Shown here one piece after another: positions 9,607-18,251 of a stretch of DNA of 64,000 bases. The first letter of the stretch is position 1. Each line of letters starts with the position of its first letter. The translations under genes and the position numbers were made by a program. Under the pieces are notes generated by a model. That model was not told the DNA's origin. It made no database searches and worked only from the letters and a program-made list of their open reading frames with translations. Origin of the DNA: Bacteroidales bacterium (GTDB taxonomy: Bacteria > Bacteroidota > Bacteroidia > Bacteroidales > UBA12077); the NCBI GenBank assembly GCA_018334675.1, contig JAGXLL010000006.1, positions 43,356 to 107,355 on the forward strand, read 5' to 3'.

Positions 9607-10995
9607 CTATAAAGTGATCGTTGTTGATGATCCTGATTGAATATGAAATGATTTTTTTATCGTGTACATACTTTTTTTCATCGATTTAGGCCTGAAAACG
9701 ATTTCATAGTTTCCGGGCTGCAAAATTAATGATTCCCTTTTCTTATCCGAATGAAAATTGTATATGCGGGTCAATTTACCTGAACGCTCTTTCTTGAACA
9801 GGCTGCCATACCCGTTGGATGGAAGCAAAACGTTGACGATTCCGGGTTTGGGTATTTCCACTGTGGTGGTGTGGTTTTGTTTTATTTCCACTTGCTTGAT
9901 ATAAGTTCTGGGCAGGGTTAGCACTTCCAGGTCATATTGTCCGGTCAGGTACTTTTGGGTTTCCCTGAACTTTTGTACATTCAGGGTTTTAGCCTTATCA
10001 TGGCGGCGCACCAGGAATTTCAGCTCCCGGTATTGGTTGGTACCGGGGCTGGTGAGTCTCAGCATCCCCTGGGGGGCATCCAGTCCTATGATGTTATGTT
10101 TCCCGGGCGAGAGAACAATGCTGTCTTTTTTGACCGGAGGGATGGTGTGTACCACCAGGTCATAAGAAATTAGGGGGTCGAGGGTGAGGGTATCGGGGTA
10201 GCCCTTATGATTGAGGGTATGCATATAATTGTAACGGGCTTTGCTGCTGAGGTGGTTGTAGAAGGTCATCGCTACATTGGTTTCAGTGGGCCTTCCCCGG
10301 GTATCCAGCAGGTTGACCTGAGCGGTCGTGGTGTTAAGGGCTTGTGTGATAACCACATCCAGGCTGTTTTTGAAACGGTTCTTGTTGGGAGCATTATGAA
10401 AATCGCCGGCACATTCAAATGATTCATGAAAGCTGGGATCCACCCCTATACCGATGATAAAAGGCTTCAGGATGATCCCTTCTTTCTCAAGCTCTTTGCT
10501 TACGGCACATGGGTCGCCATCACAGGCTTCCTTTCCGTCGGTGATCAGGATGATTACATTGCGGCAGTTATCGCCATCGGGGAAGTCTTTTCTGGCCCTG
10601 GCCAGAGACCGGGCAATGGGTGTGGTGCCCTTGGGCCTTATATACCGAAGGGTTTGTTTGATGCTGGATGCATTATTATCGGAAAAGGGCACTTCCAGGC
10701 GGGTATCGTTGCAGTTCTGCGGAGGTACTTCATGTTGGTGGCCATATACCCGCAGCGCCATCTGCAGGTGATCCTGTTGTTTAAGGCTGTCAACCAGGGG
10801 AATAAGATAATCGCGGGCCATGTGTATTTTCCGGCTGCCCTCCCAGGACCCCATCATACTCTGTGAACCGTCAAATATAAACAGGATCCTGGTCTCAGGG
10901 GTATGCGGGTTAGCCTTCTTTTTCTGACCCATCATTCCATGCGCCGTCAGCAGCAAAAATAAACCGGCATATGTGATGAACCTGAGATTTTTCAA
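9607..10995 (-). CDS. Secreted von Willebrand factor A (VWA) domain protein with a beta-rich C-terminal region
   Basis: 462 aa with a TTG start and a signal peptide. A MIDAS-like motif FIFDGSQSM is present, along with VIILITDGKEACDGDPC. Confidence 0.72.
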   Translation of the reverse strand: MKNLRFITYAGLFLLLTAHGMMGQKKKANPHTPETRILFIFDGSQSMMGSWEGSRKIHMARDYLIPLVDSLKQQDHLQMALRVYGHQHEVPPQNCNDTRLEVPFSDNNASSIKQTLRYIRPKGTTPIARSLARARKDFPDGDNCRNVIILITDGKEACDGDPCAVSKELEKEGIILKPFIIGIGVDPSFHESFECAGDFHNAPNKNRFKNSLDVVITQALNTTTAQVNLLDTRGRPTETNVAMTFYNHLSSKARYNYMHTLNHKGYPDTLTLDPLISYDLVVHTIPPVKKDSIVLSPGKHNIIGLDAPQGMLRLTSPGTNQYRELKFLVRRHDKAKTLNVQKFRETQKYLTGQYDLEVLTLPRTYIKQVEIKQNHTTTVEIPKPGIVNVLLPSNGYGSLFKKERSGKLTRIYNFHSDKKRESLILQPGNYEIVFRPKSMKKSMYTIKKSFHIQSGSSTTITL

Positions 10996-11014
10996 TGCCT
11001 TGGATTTTTAGTGG

Positions 11015-11410
11015 CTATTTTTTCTTGCGTCGTTCGTAATCTTCTTTTTTGATCAGCCCAATGATCAGCAATTCCGCACTGGAGGAATTGGTGGCAATGG
11101 GTATGTTGTTCATGTCGCAGGTGTCCAGCAATTGTTGTATGTCTTCATGGTGGGGCTGTGTAACCTGGGGATCCCGGAAGAATATCACAATATCAACCTC
11201 CTTCTGGTCGACCATTGTCTTAATCTCCCTATATCCTCCATATTTGCCCGGGCTCATATGACGCACCTCCAATCCTGCCGACTCCACGTACTCTGCCGTA
11301 CGCCCGGTGGCCACCAGGTTGATGTCCTGTATCCATTCATTCCTGTTGCGGAGAAAATCCACCATTTCCGGCTTCTTGGCATCATGGGCAACGATTACTA
11401 TATTCTTCAT
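11015..11410 (-). CDS. mgsA: Methylglyoxal synthase
   Basis: 131 aa. IVIVAHDAKKPEMVDF...LVATGRTAEYV...IVIFFRDPQVTQPHHEDIQQLLDTCDMNNIPIATN matches the MGS family pattern. Confidence 0.9.
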   Translation of the reverse strand: MKNIVIVAHDAKKPEMVDFLRNRNEWIQDINLVATGRTAEYVESAGLEVRHMSPGKYGGYREIKTMVDQKEVDIVIFFRDPQVTQPHHEDIQQLLDTCDMNNIPIATNSSSAELLIIGLIKKEDYERRKKK

Positions 11411-11766
11411 AAGCCACTTTTTTTAGGGTTATAACGATCTAACGAAATTATGATCTGAATGTTTAAATAGTCTCCAGGGGGCTCTTCCATCTGTTCCAGG
11501 GCTTTTTCAAGCTGTTCATCGCTGGGGGCAACCCCATACCATTTGTGGGTACCCATCGTGTAACCCACGCCCATTCGCATTTCTGTCTTCATTAGAATGA
11601 TTAACGGTCTCTTTTGGCCGGTATAATTTCTGATGCTCATCACCTGCCAGCCGCATGCTTCAAATTTAGCCTTCATATCGCCCCGGGTGAGTACTTCATC
11701 TACCCGACCATCGATCTGGTTGCCGTTGAGGCAATGCTTCTCAGTTTTTCCCGATGCGCCATGTTT
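11407..11766 (-). pseudogene. Remnant of the C-terminal ~110 codons of a transketolase N-terminal subunit
   Basis: The frame is open from the stop at 11767-11769. It reads ...NGNQIDGRVDEVLTRGDMKAKFEACGWQV...LMKTEMRMGVGYTMGTHKWYGVAPSDEQLEKALEQM. This matches N(G)xQIDG...F.A.GW...T.KG.GV.FME....WHG.AP, with the DGHD segment degraded. The upstream ~170 codons, including the TPP-binding region, are absent. Confidence 0.6.
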
Positions 11767-11962
11767 CTATGGGATTATAAATCAGCAATCATCGGGTTTG
11801 TTCAGGGGTGTAAAAATACGATTTTCATTGAATTACGAAAAACACAGCTGTTTTATTTTATGAAAATTTTTCAATAGGGATTTGTTGATAAATATGGTCT
11901 GAGGGTAAATAAAAAGATTTATTTTTGCACGTTTTGATCTGTATAAAAATCCAAGTTGATTC

Positions 11963-13060
11963 ATGGCTTTAAGATGTGGAATCGTAGGACTGCCAAACGT
12001 AGGAAAATCGACGCTTTTTAACAGCCTTTCTCGGGCCAGGGCCGAATCGGCCAATTATCCATTTTGTACCATTGAACCTAATGTAGGCATCATCCCGGTG
12101 CCTGACACGAGACTTGATAACATAGCCCGACTGGCCAGGCCCGAAAAGGTGACCCCCACTGCCATTGAGTTTGTAGATATAGCCGGTTTGGTCAAGGGAG
12201 CCAGCAGAGGGGAGGGTTTGGGCAACCAGTTTTTGTCCAATATCAGGCAAACCGATGCCATCATACATATATTGCGTTGTTTTGAGGATGAAAATGTGGC
12301 CCATGTCGATGCTCATGTGGATCCGGTACGTGATAAGGAGGTGGTTGATGCTGAGCTGCAATTGAAGGATCTGGAGACCATCGAGAACCGGATGGAGAAA
12401 GTGGATAAGCAGGCCAAATCGGGTGATAAAGAGGCCCGGAGACTTTTGCAGGTGCTCAGCCGATACCGGGAGCATCTCTCGCAGGGACAGCCGGCTCACA
12501 GCCTGGAGCTGGAAAAGGAAGACAGGCGTATGGTACAGGATCTGCAATTGCTCACCGATAAACCCATTCTTTATGTCTGCAATGTCGATGAACAATCGAC
12601 TGCTGGGAGCAATGAGCATGTGGAGCATGTAAAACAGGCGGTGGCTGATGAAGATGCCGAAGTAGTAGTTATAGCAGCCTCTATTGAAGCTGAGATAGCT
12701 GAGCTGGATGATGAGGCCGAACAACAGATGTTTCTCCGGGAGATGGGCCTGAAGGAGTCCGGCCTGAGCCGGTTGATACGTAAAGCCTATAAACTGCTGC
12801 ATCTGGAAACTTTCTTCACCACCGGACCTAAAGAGGTGCGGGCCTGGACCGTGAAAAAGGGAACCAAAGCCCCTCAGGCAGGGGGTATTATCCATTCTGA
12901 TTTTGAAAGGGGGTTTATTAAGGCCGAAGTGATCAAATACGATGATTTTTTCCATTATGGTTCAGAGGCTGCCTGCCGGGAAGCCGGCAAGATACACCTG
13001 GAGGGGAAAGATTATGTGGTCCGGGATGGAGACATCATTTATTTTAAGTTTAATGTGTAA
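11963..13060 (+). CDS. ychF: Ribosome-binding ATPase YchF
   Basis: 365 aa with GIVGLPNVGKSTLFN (P-loop), DIAGLVKGAS and a C-terminal TGS-like RAWTVKKGTKAPQAGGIIHSDFERGFI. Confidence 0.93.
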   Translation: MALRCGIVGLPNVGKSTLFNSLSRARAESANYPFCTIEPNVGIIPVPDTRLDNIARLARPEKVTPTAIEFVDIAGLVKGASRGEGLGNQFLSNIRQTDAIIHILRCFEDENVAHVDAHVDPVRDKEVVDAELQLKDLETIENRMEKVDKQAKSGDKEARRLLQVLSRYREHLSQGQPAHSLELEKEDRRMVQDLQLLTDKPILYVCNVDEQSTAGSNEHVEHVKQAVADEDAEVVVIAASIEAEIAELDDEAEQQMFLREMGLKESGLSRLIRKAYKLLHLETFFTTGPKEVRAWTVKKGTKAPQAGGIIHSDFERGFIKAEVIKYDDFFHYGSEAACREAGKIHLEGKDYVVRDGDIIYFKFNV

Positions 13061-13081
13061 TTTTATGGCCAGGGAGGTAAT

Positions 13082-14758
13082 ATGATGGGTTTTGTAACTT
13101 TCAGAAGGATCAGGCCACTGGTCTTGTTTCTTATGCTGATGACAGTTGGTGTGGTTCAGCTTTGGGCCTTCAGTTCCGGGGGCGATAAAAAGCCGCGGCT
13201 GGTGGTTCGGGTGGTGGTAGAACAGATGCGTTATGAGATGTTGTTGCGTTATTGGGATCGTTTTGGAGCGGATGGCTTCAAAAAACTGATAGATGGGGGC
13301 GTAGTATGCCGAAACACCCGCATTGGTTATGCCCAGCCCGACCGGTCATCGGGATTCGCCACCCTGGCTACGGGCTCGTATCCTTCTATGCATGGTATAG
13401 TGGCCGATGGCTGGTATGACCGGCTTTCCTCGCAGGAAAAGCTCGCCACCGGACATCCGGCATACCAGGGTGTGGGCGGGGAACAGGACAACGGTCATTA
13501 TGCCCCGCATAACCTGATGACTTCTACCACGGGCGACGAGTTGAAAATGATCGACCCCCACTCTAAAGTATTTAGCCTGGGCATGCATCCCGCCTCAGCC
13601 GTGCTGGGAGCTGGTAAGATGGCCGACGGTGCTTTCTGGATGGACGACCCTACAGCCAACTGGATGACCAACACCTACTACATGGACAGCCTGCCCCAGT
13701 GGACGAGCGCTTTTAACGCCAAGAACCTGGAAGATATCTATATGGAACGCAGATGGGAACTTTTGTTGTCCGAGTCCACCTATCGGGCAAGCACAGCAGA
13801 TGGGGATGACTCCGAAGAAGGCTTTATGCTCCTCTATCGCAATGAGTTCCCCTATAACCTGCAAACCCTCAGAAGAAAAGCCCGGGGATATAAATACTTG
13901 AAGTTTACGCCCTTTGGTAATACCTACACCAAAGATTTTGCCCTGGCCTTGATTGCCAATGAAAAACTTGGCGAGGATGAGCATACCGATCTGATCAATA
14001 TTGCTTTTTCGGCTCCGGCATATGTGAATGAGCTATTTGGCCCGCGCTCAGTGGAGATGGAAGACCTGTACATTCGGCTGGACAGGGAAATCGGCCATCT
14101 GCTCACATTCCTCGAGGAGCGTTTTTCCAAAGACCGCGTGCTGGTCGTGATGACGTCCGACCGGGGTGCTGCCGATTCCTATGAATATAGAAGCAGGCAG
14201 AGGCTTGCCGCCAGCGAGTTTCGTCCCAGCCAGGGACTGACCCTGCTCAGAAGTTATTTGAACGTAGTCTATGAACCGGCTGATTGGGTGACCAACTATT
14301 CCCACCGGCAGATTTATCTGGATCACGGGTTGATCGATCAAAAAGGCTATGAAATCAATGATTTTCAGGAAACGGTGGCCCGTTTTATGGTGAAGAAATC
14401 GGGGGTGTCCTATGCGGTTAAGTCTTCAACCATTCAAAACAGCTCTTATTCCGAGGGGATGATGAAGATGGTTCAAAACAACTTTCATCCGGCACGCTCA
14501 GGTGATATTTTCCTTGTACTGGCTCCCGGTATTGTTGAGATGCCAAACCGCTCGGGTTCCATCTACAGCTACGACACCCATATACCTATGATATGGTGGG
14601 GCAACGGGTTCCCGGAAGGAACCATAAACAATGAGGTGAACCTGAGGGATGTAGCCCCCACCATCAGTTATTTGCTGAATATTCCCTATCCCGATGCCAG
14701 CTTCAGCAAACCGATCTTACCGCTGATAGAGCAGGAACGGATAGGTTTTCAAAGATAA
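13082..14758 (+). CDS. Alkaline phosphatase superfamily protein (nucleotide pyrophosphatase/phosphodiesterase-like), secreted
   Basis: 558 aa with an N-terminal signal/TM. Motifs include GFATLATGSYPSMHGIV and VMTSDRG....SYDTHIPMIWWG, typical of the type I phosphodiesterase/AlkP fold. Confidence 0.68.
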   Translation: MMGFVTFRRIRPLVLFLMLMTVGVVQLWAFSSGGDKKPRLVVRVVVEQMRYEMLLRYWDRFGADGFKKLIDGGVVCRNTRIGYAQPDRSSGFATLATGSYPSMHGIVADGWYDRLSSQEKLATGHPAYQGVGGEQDNGHYAPHNLMTSTTGDELKMIDPHSKVFSLGMHPASAVLGAGKMADGAFWMDDPTANWMTNTYYMDSLPQWTSAFNAKNLEDIYMERRWELLLSESTYRASTADGDDSEEGFMLLYRNEFPYNLQTLRRKARGYKYLKFTPFGNTYTKDFALALIANEKLGEDEHTDLINIAFSAPAYVNELFGPRSVEMEDLYIRLDREIGHLLTFLEERFSKDRVLVVMTSDRGAADSYEYRSRQRLAASEFRPSQGLTLLRSYLNVVYEPADWVTNYSHRQIYLDHGLIDQKGYEINDFQETVARFMVKKSGVSYAVKSSTIQNSSYSEGMMKMVQNNFHPARSGDIFLVLAPGIVEMPNRSGSIYSYDTHIPMIWWGNGFPEGTINNEVNLRDVAPTISYLLNIPYPDASFSKPILPLIEQERIGFQR

Positions 14759-14768
14759 AGATGAGCTT

Positions 14769-15086
14769 ATGTCTTGGTTTTACCTGATTATTGCCGGAAT
14801 TTTTGAAATCGCCTGGGCCATGGGCATGAAATTCACCGGTGGATTCTCCCGTTTGTGGCCTACCCTGGGAGTATTGGTCGTTATGGGATTGAGTGTATAT
14901 TTTCTCTCGCTCGCAGTAAGAACCCTGCCGGTGGGTACTGCCTATGCTGTATGGACAGGCATTGGCATTGCAGGCACCTCCATTCTGGGAATGGTGTGGT
15001 TCAATGAACCGGTGAGCCTGGTCCGTGTGCTGTTGATCTTCCTGATATTGGCATCGGCGGTTGGATTGAAGCTCCTTCCCCAATGA
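14769..15086 (+). CDS. sugE: SMR-family small multidrug/guanidinium exporter
   Basis: 105 aa with 4 TM segments. MSWFYLIIAGIFEIAWAMGMK carries the conserved membrane Glu, and AYAVWTGIG is present. Confidence 0.85.
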   Translation: MSWFYLIIAGIFEIAWAMGMKFTGGFSRLWPTLGVLVVMGLSVYFLSLAVRTLPVGTAYAVWTGIGIAGTSILGMVWFNEPVSLVRVLLIFLILASAVGLKLLPQ

Positions 15087-15232
15087 TTGTTTTCGGTTTT
15101 ACCCACAGCCCGGCAAAACAACGCATTGAGCCTGTTGCATCCCCTCTTTTTACAGCCGGTCTTGCCAGCCGGTTGTTGTAGTTAAGAAAATTTTGGGCTT
15201 GATTTAATTGTTAGAGTTTTATCCTGTATTAT

Positions 15233-15537
15233 TCATACGCTTATCTTTTATTTAATGATTTGGCCGTATGGAACCTGCATGAAATAATCATGTCCTTGTT
15301 GTGTAAGTTCTTGGATGCAGGTTTCATACGGTTATCTTTTTATTAATATATTGGCCGTATGGAACTTCCATGATAACCATGTCTTTTTGTGTTAAGGTAT
15401 CATGAAAGTTTCATAAGATTATATTTTATTTAATATTTTGGCCTTATGTAACTTACCATGACAAAATAATCATCTCCTTTTGTGATGTTAATAATTATTT
15501 TGTCATGGACGTTTCATTTGTTTATAAATATTTTTCC
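15233..15537. repeat. Tandem array of three ~87-103 bp hairpin-forming units plus a partial fourth
   Basis: Units are 15233-15323, 15324-15410 and 15411-15513, with a partial unit at 15514-15537. Hairpins are 15264-15331, 15355-15419 and 15442-15520. See findings for detail. Confidence 0.8.
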
Positions 15538-15701
15538 ATTTTTTATGAATAATGCAGGTTATGAGGTATTGTAATTTATACACAACGATGTGGCTGTTCG
15601 GAATCCCCCTGCAGGAGGGCCGGTTATAAGTCAGAAAATTTCACCGGTTAATTTATATAAAAAAGATCGGAGAACATTAAGCATGGTATCGATTAATGTT
15701 A

Positions 15702-15709
15702 TACATTTG
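15702..15709 (+). promoter_or_regulatory. Candidate Bacteroidota -7 box (TAnnTTTG) for the RRM gene
   Basis: TACATTTG is an exact match to TAnnTTTG about 130 nt upstream of the ATG. I found no clear -33 TTTG. Confidence 0.3.
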
Positions 15710-15838
15710 TAAGAAATTAAGGAATAGATGTTTGGCCCAATTTAGTGTGTCCCCGCGGAGGGGGCCTTCTTTATTGCGACTTGCAGCAATTTCCTTATTA
15801 ATCATTATGTATTATTACTTTTCTAAATTTTTTTTATC

Positions 15839-16090
15839 ATGAACATTTATGTAGGAAACCTGGACTATAGTCTACAGGAAAGTGAATTAGAAGAAATCTT
15901 CCAAGCTTATGGAGAGGTTGCATCTGTCAAGATTATTAAGGACAAGTATACCGGCAAGGCAAAGGGCTTTGGTTTCATTGAGATGCCGGATGACGGGGAA
16001 GCCAACACTGCTATACAGGAGCTCAACGGCAAAGAGGTGAATGGAAGGCAGATGAAGGTGAACCAAGCCAGGCCGCGAAGGGAGGCCTAA
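15839..16090 (+). CDS. RRM-type RNA-binding protein
   Basis: 83 aa with RNP2 NIYVGNL and RNP1 KGFGFIEM; a single RRM fold with a short basic tail. Confidence 0.9.
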   Translation: MNIYVGNLDYSLQESELEEIFQAYGEVASVKIIKDKYTGKAKGFGFIEMPDDGEANTAIQELNGKEVNGRQMKVNQARPRREA

Positions 16091-16162
16091 TTCTCTTAAT
16101 GCGAACCGGGTCCCTGTATTTCGGGACTGCACCGTGACAACATCTACTTTTGAAGATATTTA

Positions 16163-16196
16163 CCGGCATCCATTGATGGCATGCCGGTTTTCTTTT
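16163..16196 (+). terminator. Intrinsic terminator between the convergent RRM and tonB genes
   Basis: CCGGCATCCAT-tg-ATGGCATGCCGG (16163-16187) is followed by TTTTCTTTTATT. Confidence 0.55.
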
Positions 16197-17076
16197 ATTG
16201 CAGGCGGAAGTAATAAGTTATGGTACCTTTTTGATAGGCCGGTGCATCGGGTTTGGGGTCGAACCTGGCATTAAGGGCGGCTTTCCGGGCAGCGCGCAGG
16301 AGTTTGTCGTTCAGGGTGGTCGAGCCCTTCATGCCGGCTTCGGCTTTCTTAACATTGCCCTGTTTGTCGACTGTAATTTCGACAACTACTTTGCCTTCCA
16401 CCTGATATTGATATTCAGGTTTGGGCAGTGACTCGGGGTTTCTTCCTTCCAGGGTGAAGTCGATACCTCCCATGCCTCTGCTGTCAACATTGGCATGGTT
16501 GTCGGAATAGGGAGTGCCGCTTTCTCTTCCCTGGTTGCCTTCGCCCTGGGTCTCGCCTTCGGACTCCCCTGATTGCTCTTTGCTTTTCCCGGAGTAAAGA
16601 GCCTGCTCGTTGACCTGGCGTTCAGGTTCCTGTTCTTCTTCCTGTGTGTCCTGCTGCTCCTTTTCCTGGTTTTGTTCTGTGGTCTGCTGTTTTGTGTCTT
16701 CCTGCTCTTGCGGGCGCTCATCTTCATTCTGACTGGTTTCCTGAGTTTTCTCTTCCACCGCCGGTGCCTCCTCAAAATCCTGTGTCTGCACCTGTTCTTC
16801 CGTTTCTTTCGGAGCCTCCTGCTGGGAAGTCTCGGGCGGGCTTTGCCGGGGCTGGGTTTGTTCCTGAGGCTGGCTTCTCTGCTGTTGAACCGCCTGCCTC
16901 AACTCTGTACTACCAGCTGCATCAGGAACATTGCCGAAATTGATCATAATACCTTGCTCGGCTGGAAGAGGCAGAGGAGTGGAAAAGCCTAAAAATATGA
17001 ACAACAAGGCGATCACCCCATGAAAAATCAGGGTTCCGATAATGCCATTTTTATGTTCCTTGATGAAACGAAGCAT
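16195..17076 (-). CDS. tonB: Energy transducer TonB with a long Gln/Glu/Thr-rich linker
   Basis: 293 aa with an N-terminal TM (GIIGTLIFHGVIALLFIFLGF), a ~150-aa acidic low-complexity linker and a C-terminal TonB_C-like domain (GKVVVEITVDKQGNV...ARFDPKPDAP..QKGTITYYFRLQ). Confidence 0.8.
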   Translation of the reverse strand: MLRFIKEHKNGIIGTLIFHGVIALLFIFLGFSTPLPLPAEQGIMINFGNVPDAAGSTELRQAVQQQRSQPQEQTQPRQSPPETSQQEAPKETEEQVQTQDFEEAPAVEEKTQETSQNEDERPQEQEDTKQQTTEQNQEKEQQDTQEEEQEPERQVNEQALYSGKSKEQSGESEGETQGEGNQGRESGTPYSDNHANVDSRGMGGIDFTLEGRNPESLPKPEYQYQVEGKVVVEITVDKQGNVKKAEAGMKGSTTLNDKLLRAARKAALNARFDPKPDAPAYQKGTITYYFRLQ

Positions 17077-17097
17077 AGCTTTAATTGCCTTTGTTAT

Positions 17098-17496
17098 CTA
17101 TTCCGCCGTGGTGGCCAGTATCAGTTTCCACTCATTCCGGTTGGCAATATTCATGACCTTGACAACCTCATCGATGGGTACCCTTCGATCGGCATTCAGG
17201 CTGATGGTGGGTTCTTCCACATTTTTCTGCCTGAATGTTTCCCTTAAAACGTATTCGACCTGTGAATATTTTACTGGTTTGGAATTCACATAATAGTTTA
17301 ACTCACTGGTAATCGATACGTTAGCCACCGGCGAGGCGGCCGTTTGGCTGGAGCTTTTGGGCAAAAGCAGCTTCAGGGCGTTGGGGTTGATCAGAGTGGA
17401 AGTGACCATGAAAAAAATAAGCAACAGAAAAACAATATCTGTCATCCCCGACATACTGAAGCTCGTACTGATCTTACTTCTTGGTTTCAGGTCCAT
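17098..17496 (-). CDS. exbD: Biopolymer transporter ExbD/TolR
   Basis: 132 aa. SMSGMTDIVFLLLIFFMVTSTL and ISLNADRRVPIDEVVKVMNI match the ExbD pattern. Confidence 0.85.
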   Translation of the reverse strand: MDLKPRSKISTSFSMSGMTDIVFLLLIFFMVTSTLINPNALKLLLPKSSSQTAASPVANVSITSELNYYVNSKPVKYSQVEYVLRETFRQKNVEEPTISLNADRRVPIDEVVKVMNIANRNEWKLILATTAE

Positions 17497-17511
17497 GATG
17501 GCTGGTTTTAA

Positions 17512-18222
17512 TTATTCCACGGGTTCATTCAGCAGGTCCATAAACTCGGTGGTGTTGGCCTCGAGCTGGTATACCACTTTTTCCACTTTGGTGACCAGCA
17601 CATTGTAGGCCAGGTAAGATATGATCCCTACCATCAGTCCGGCTACAGTGGTAACCATGGCCGTGTAGATGCCACTGGAGAGCAGGGTAATGTCGATATT
17701 GCTTCCTGCATTGGCCATATCGTAGAAAGCACGGATCATTCCCATAACAGTTCCCAGAAACCCCATCATGGGAGCTGCTCCGGCAGCGGTAGCCAGGGTG
17801 GGCAGACCCTTTTCCAGCTTGGAGATCTCCAGTTTGCCCACGTTTTCAATGGCGGCATTGATATCATTCAGGGGCCTGCCGATGCGCTGGATGCCCTTTT
17901 CTATCATGCGGGCTACCGGATTATCGATGGTCTGGCAGAGTGTCAGGGCTGAATCTACTTTGTCGTCGTGTATATAGTCCTTGATCTTGTTCATGAAGTT
18001 GATGTCCGTTTTAGAGGCTCGGGTAATAGCGAAATAGCGCTCGACAAAGATGTAGATGGCCAGAACCGAGAGGATTAGGATGGGCAGCATGATCCAACCT
18101 CCCTTAAGGGCGAGTTCCCAAAAGGAAAGGGTCAGTTCGCCGGGGGCTTCTCCCTGGGCTGCCGTAGAGAGGGTATCTTGTACCTGGGTTTGCAAGAATG
18201 TCAGTGGAATCATAAACGTCAC
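17512..18222 (-). CDS. exbB: MotA/TolQ/ExbB proton channel protein
   Basis: 236 aa, starting at GTG 18222 or ATG 18213. GGWIMLPILILSVLAIYIF and LATAAGAAPMMGFLGTVMGMI match the family pattern. Confidence 0.85.
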   Translation of the reverse strand: MTFMIPLTFLQTQVQDTLSTAAQGEAPGELTLSFWELALKGGWIMLPILILSVLAIYIFVERYFAITRASKTDINFMNKIKDYIHDDKVDSALTLCQTIDNPVARMIEKGIQRIGRPLNDINAAIENVGKLEISKLEKGLPTLATAAGAAPMMGFLGTVMGMIRAFYDMANAGSNIDITLLSSGIYTAMVTTVAGLMVGIISYLAYNVLVTKVEKVVYQLEANTTEFMDLLNEPVE

Positions 18223-18251
18223 TTTTTTGTTTTAGCAGCAAAAATAATAAA

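Noticed and set aside
15233-15537. Could the tandem units be a CRISPR array?
   Set aside because: The whole ~90-bp unit is homologous between copies, so there is no alternation of identical short repeats with unique spacers. Only three copies exist, and no cas genes are in the window.
16386-16992. Three 99-139-aa ORFs (16386-16775 minus; 16573-16992 and 16644-16943 plus) within or opposite tonB.
   Set aside because: They arise from the purine/pyrimidine-skewed low-complexity DNA encoding the Gln/Glu-rich TonB linker. Their products are poly-basic or Leu/Phe-rich with no motifs.
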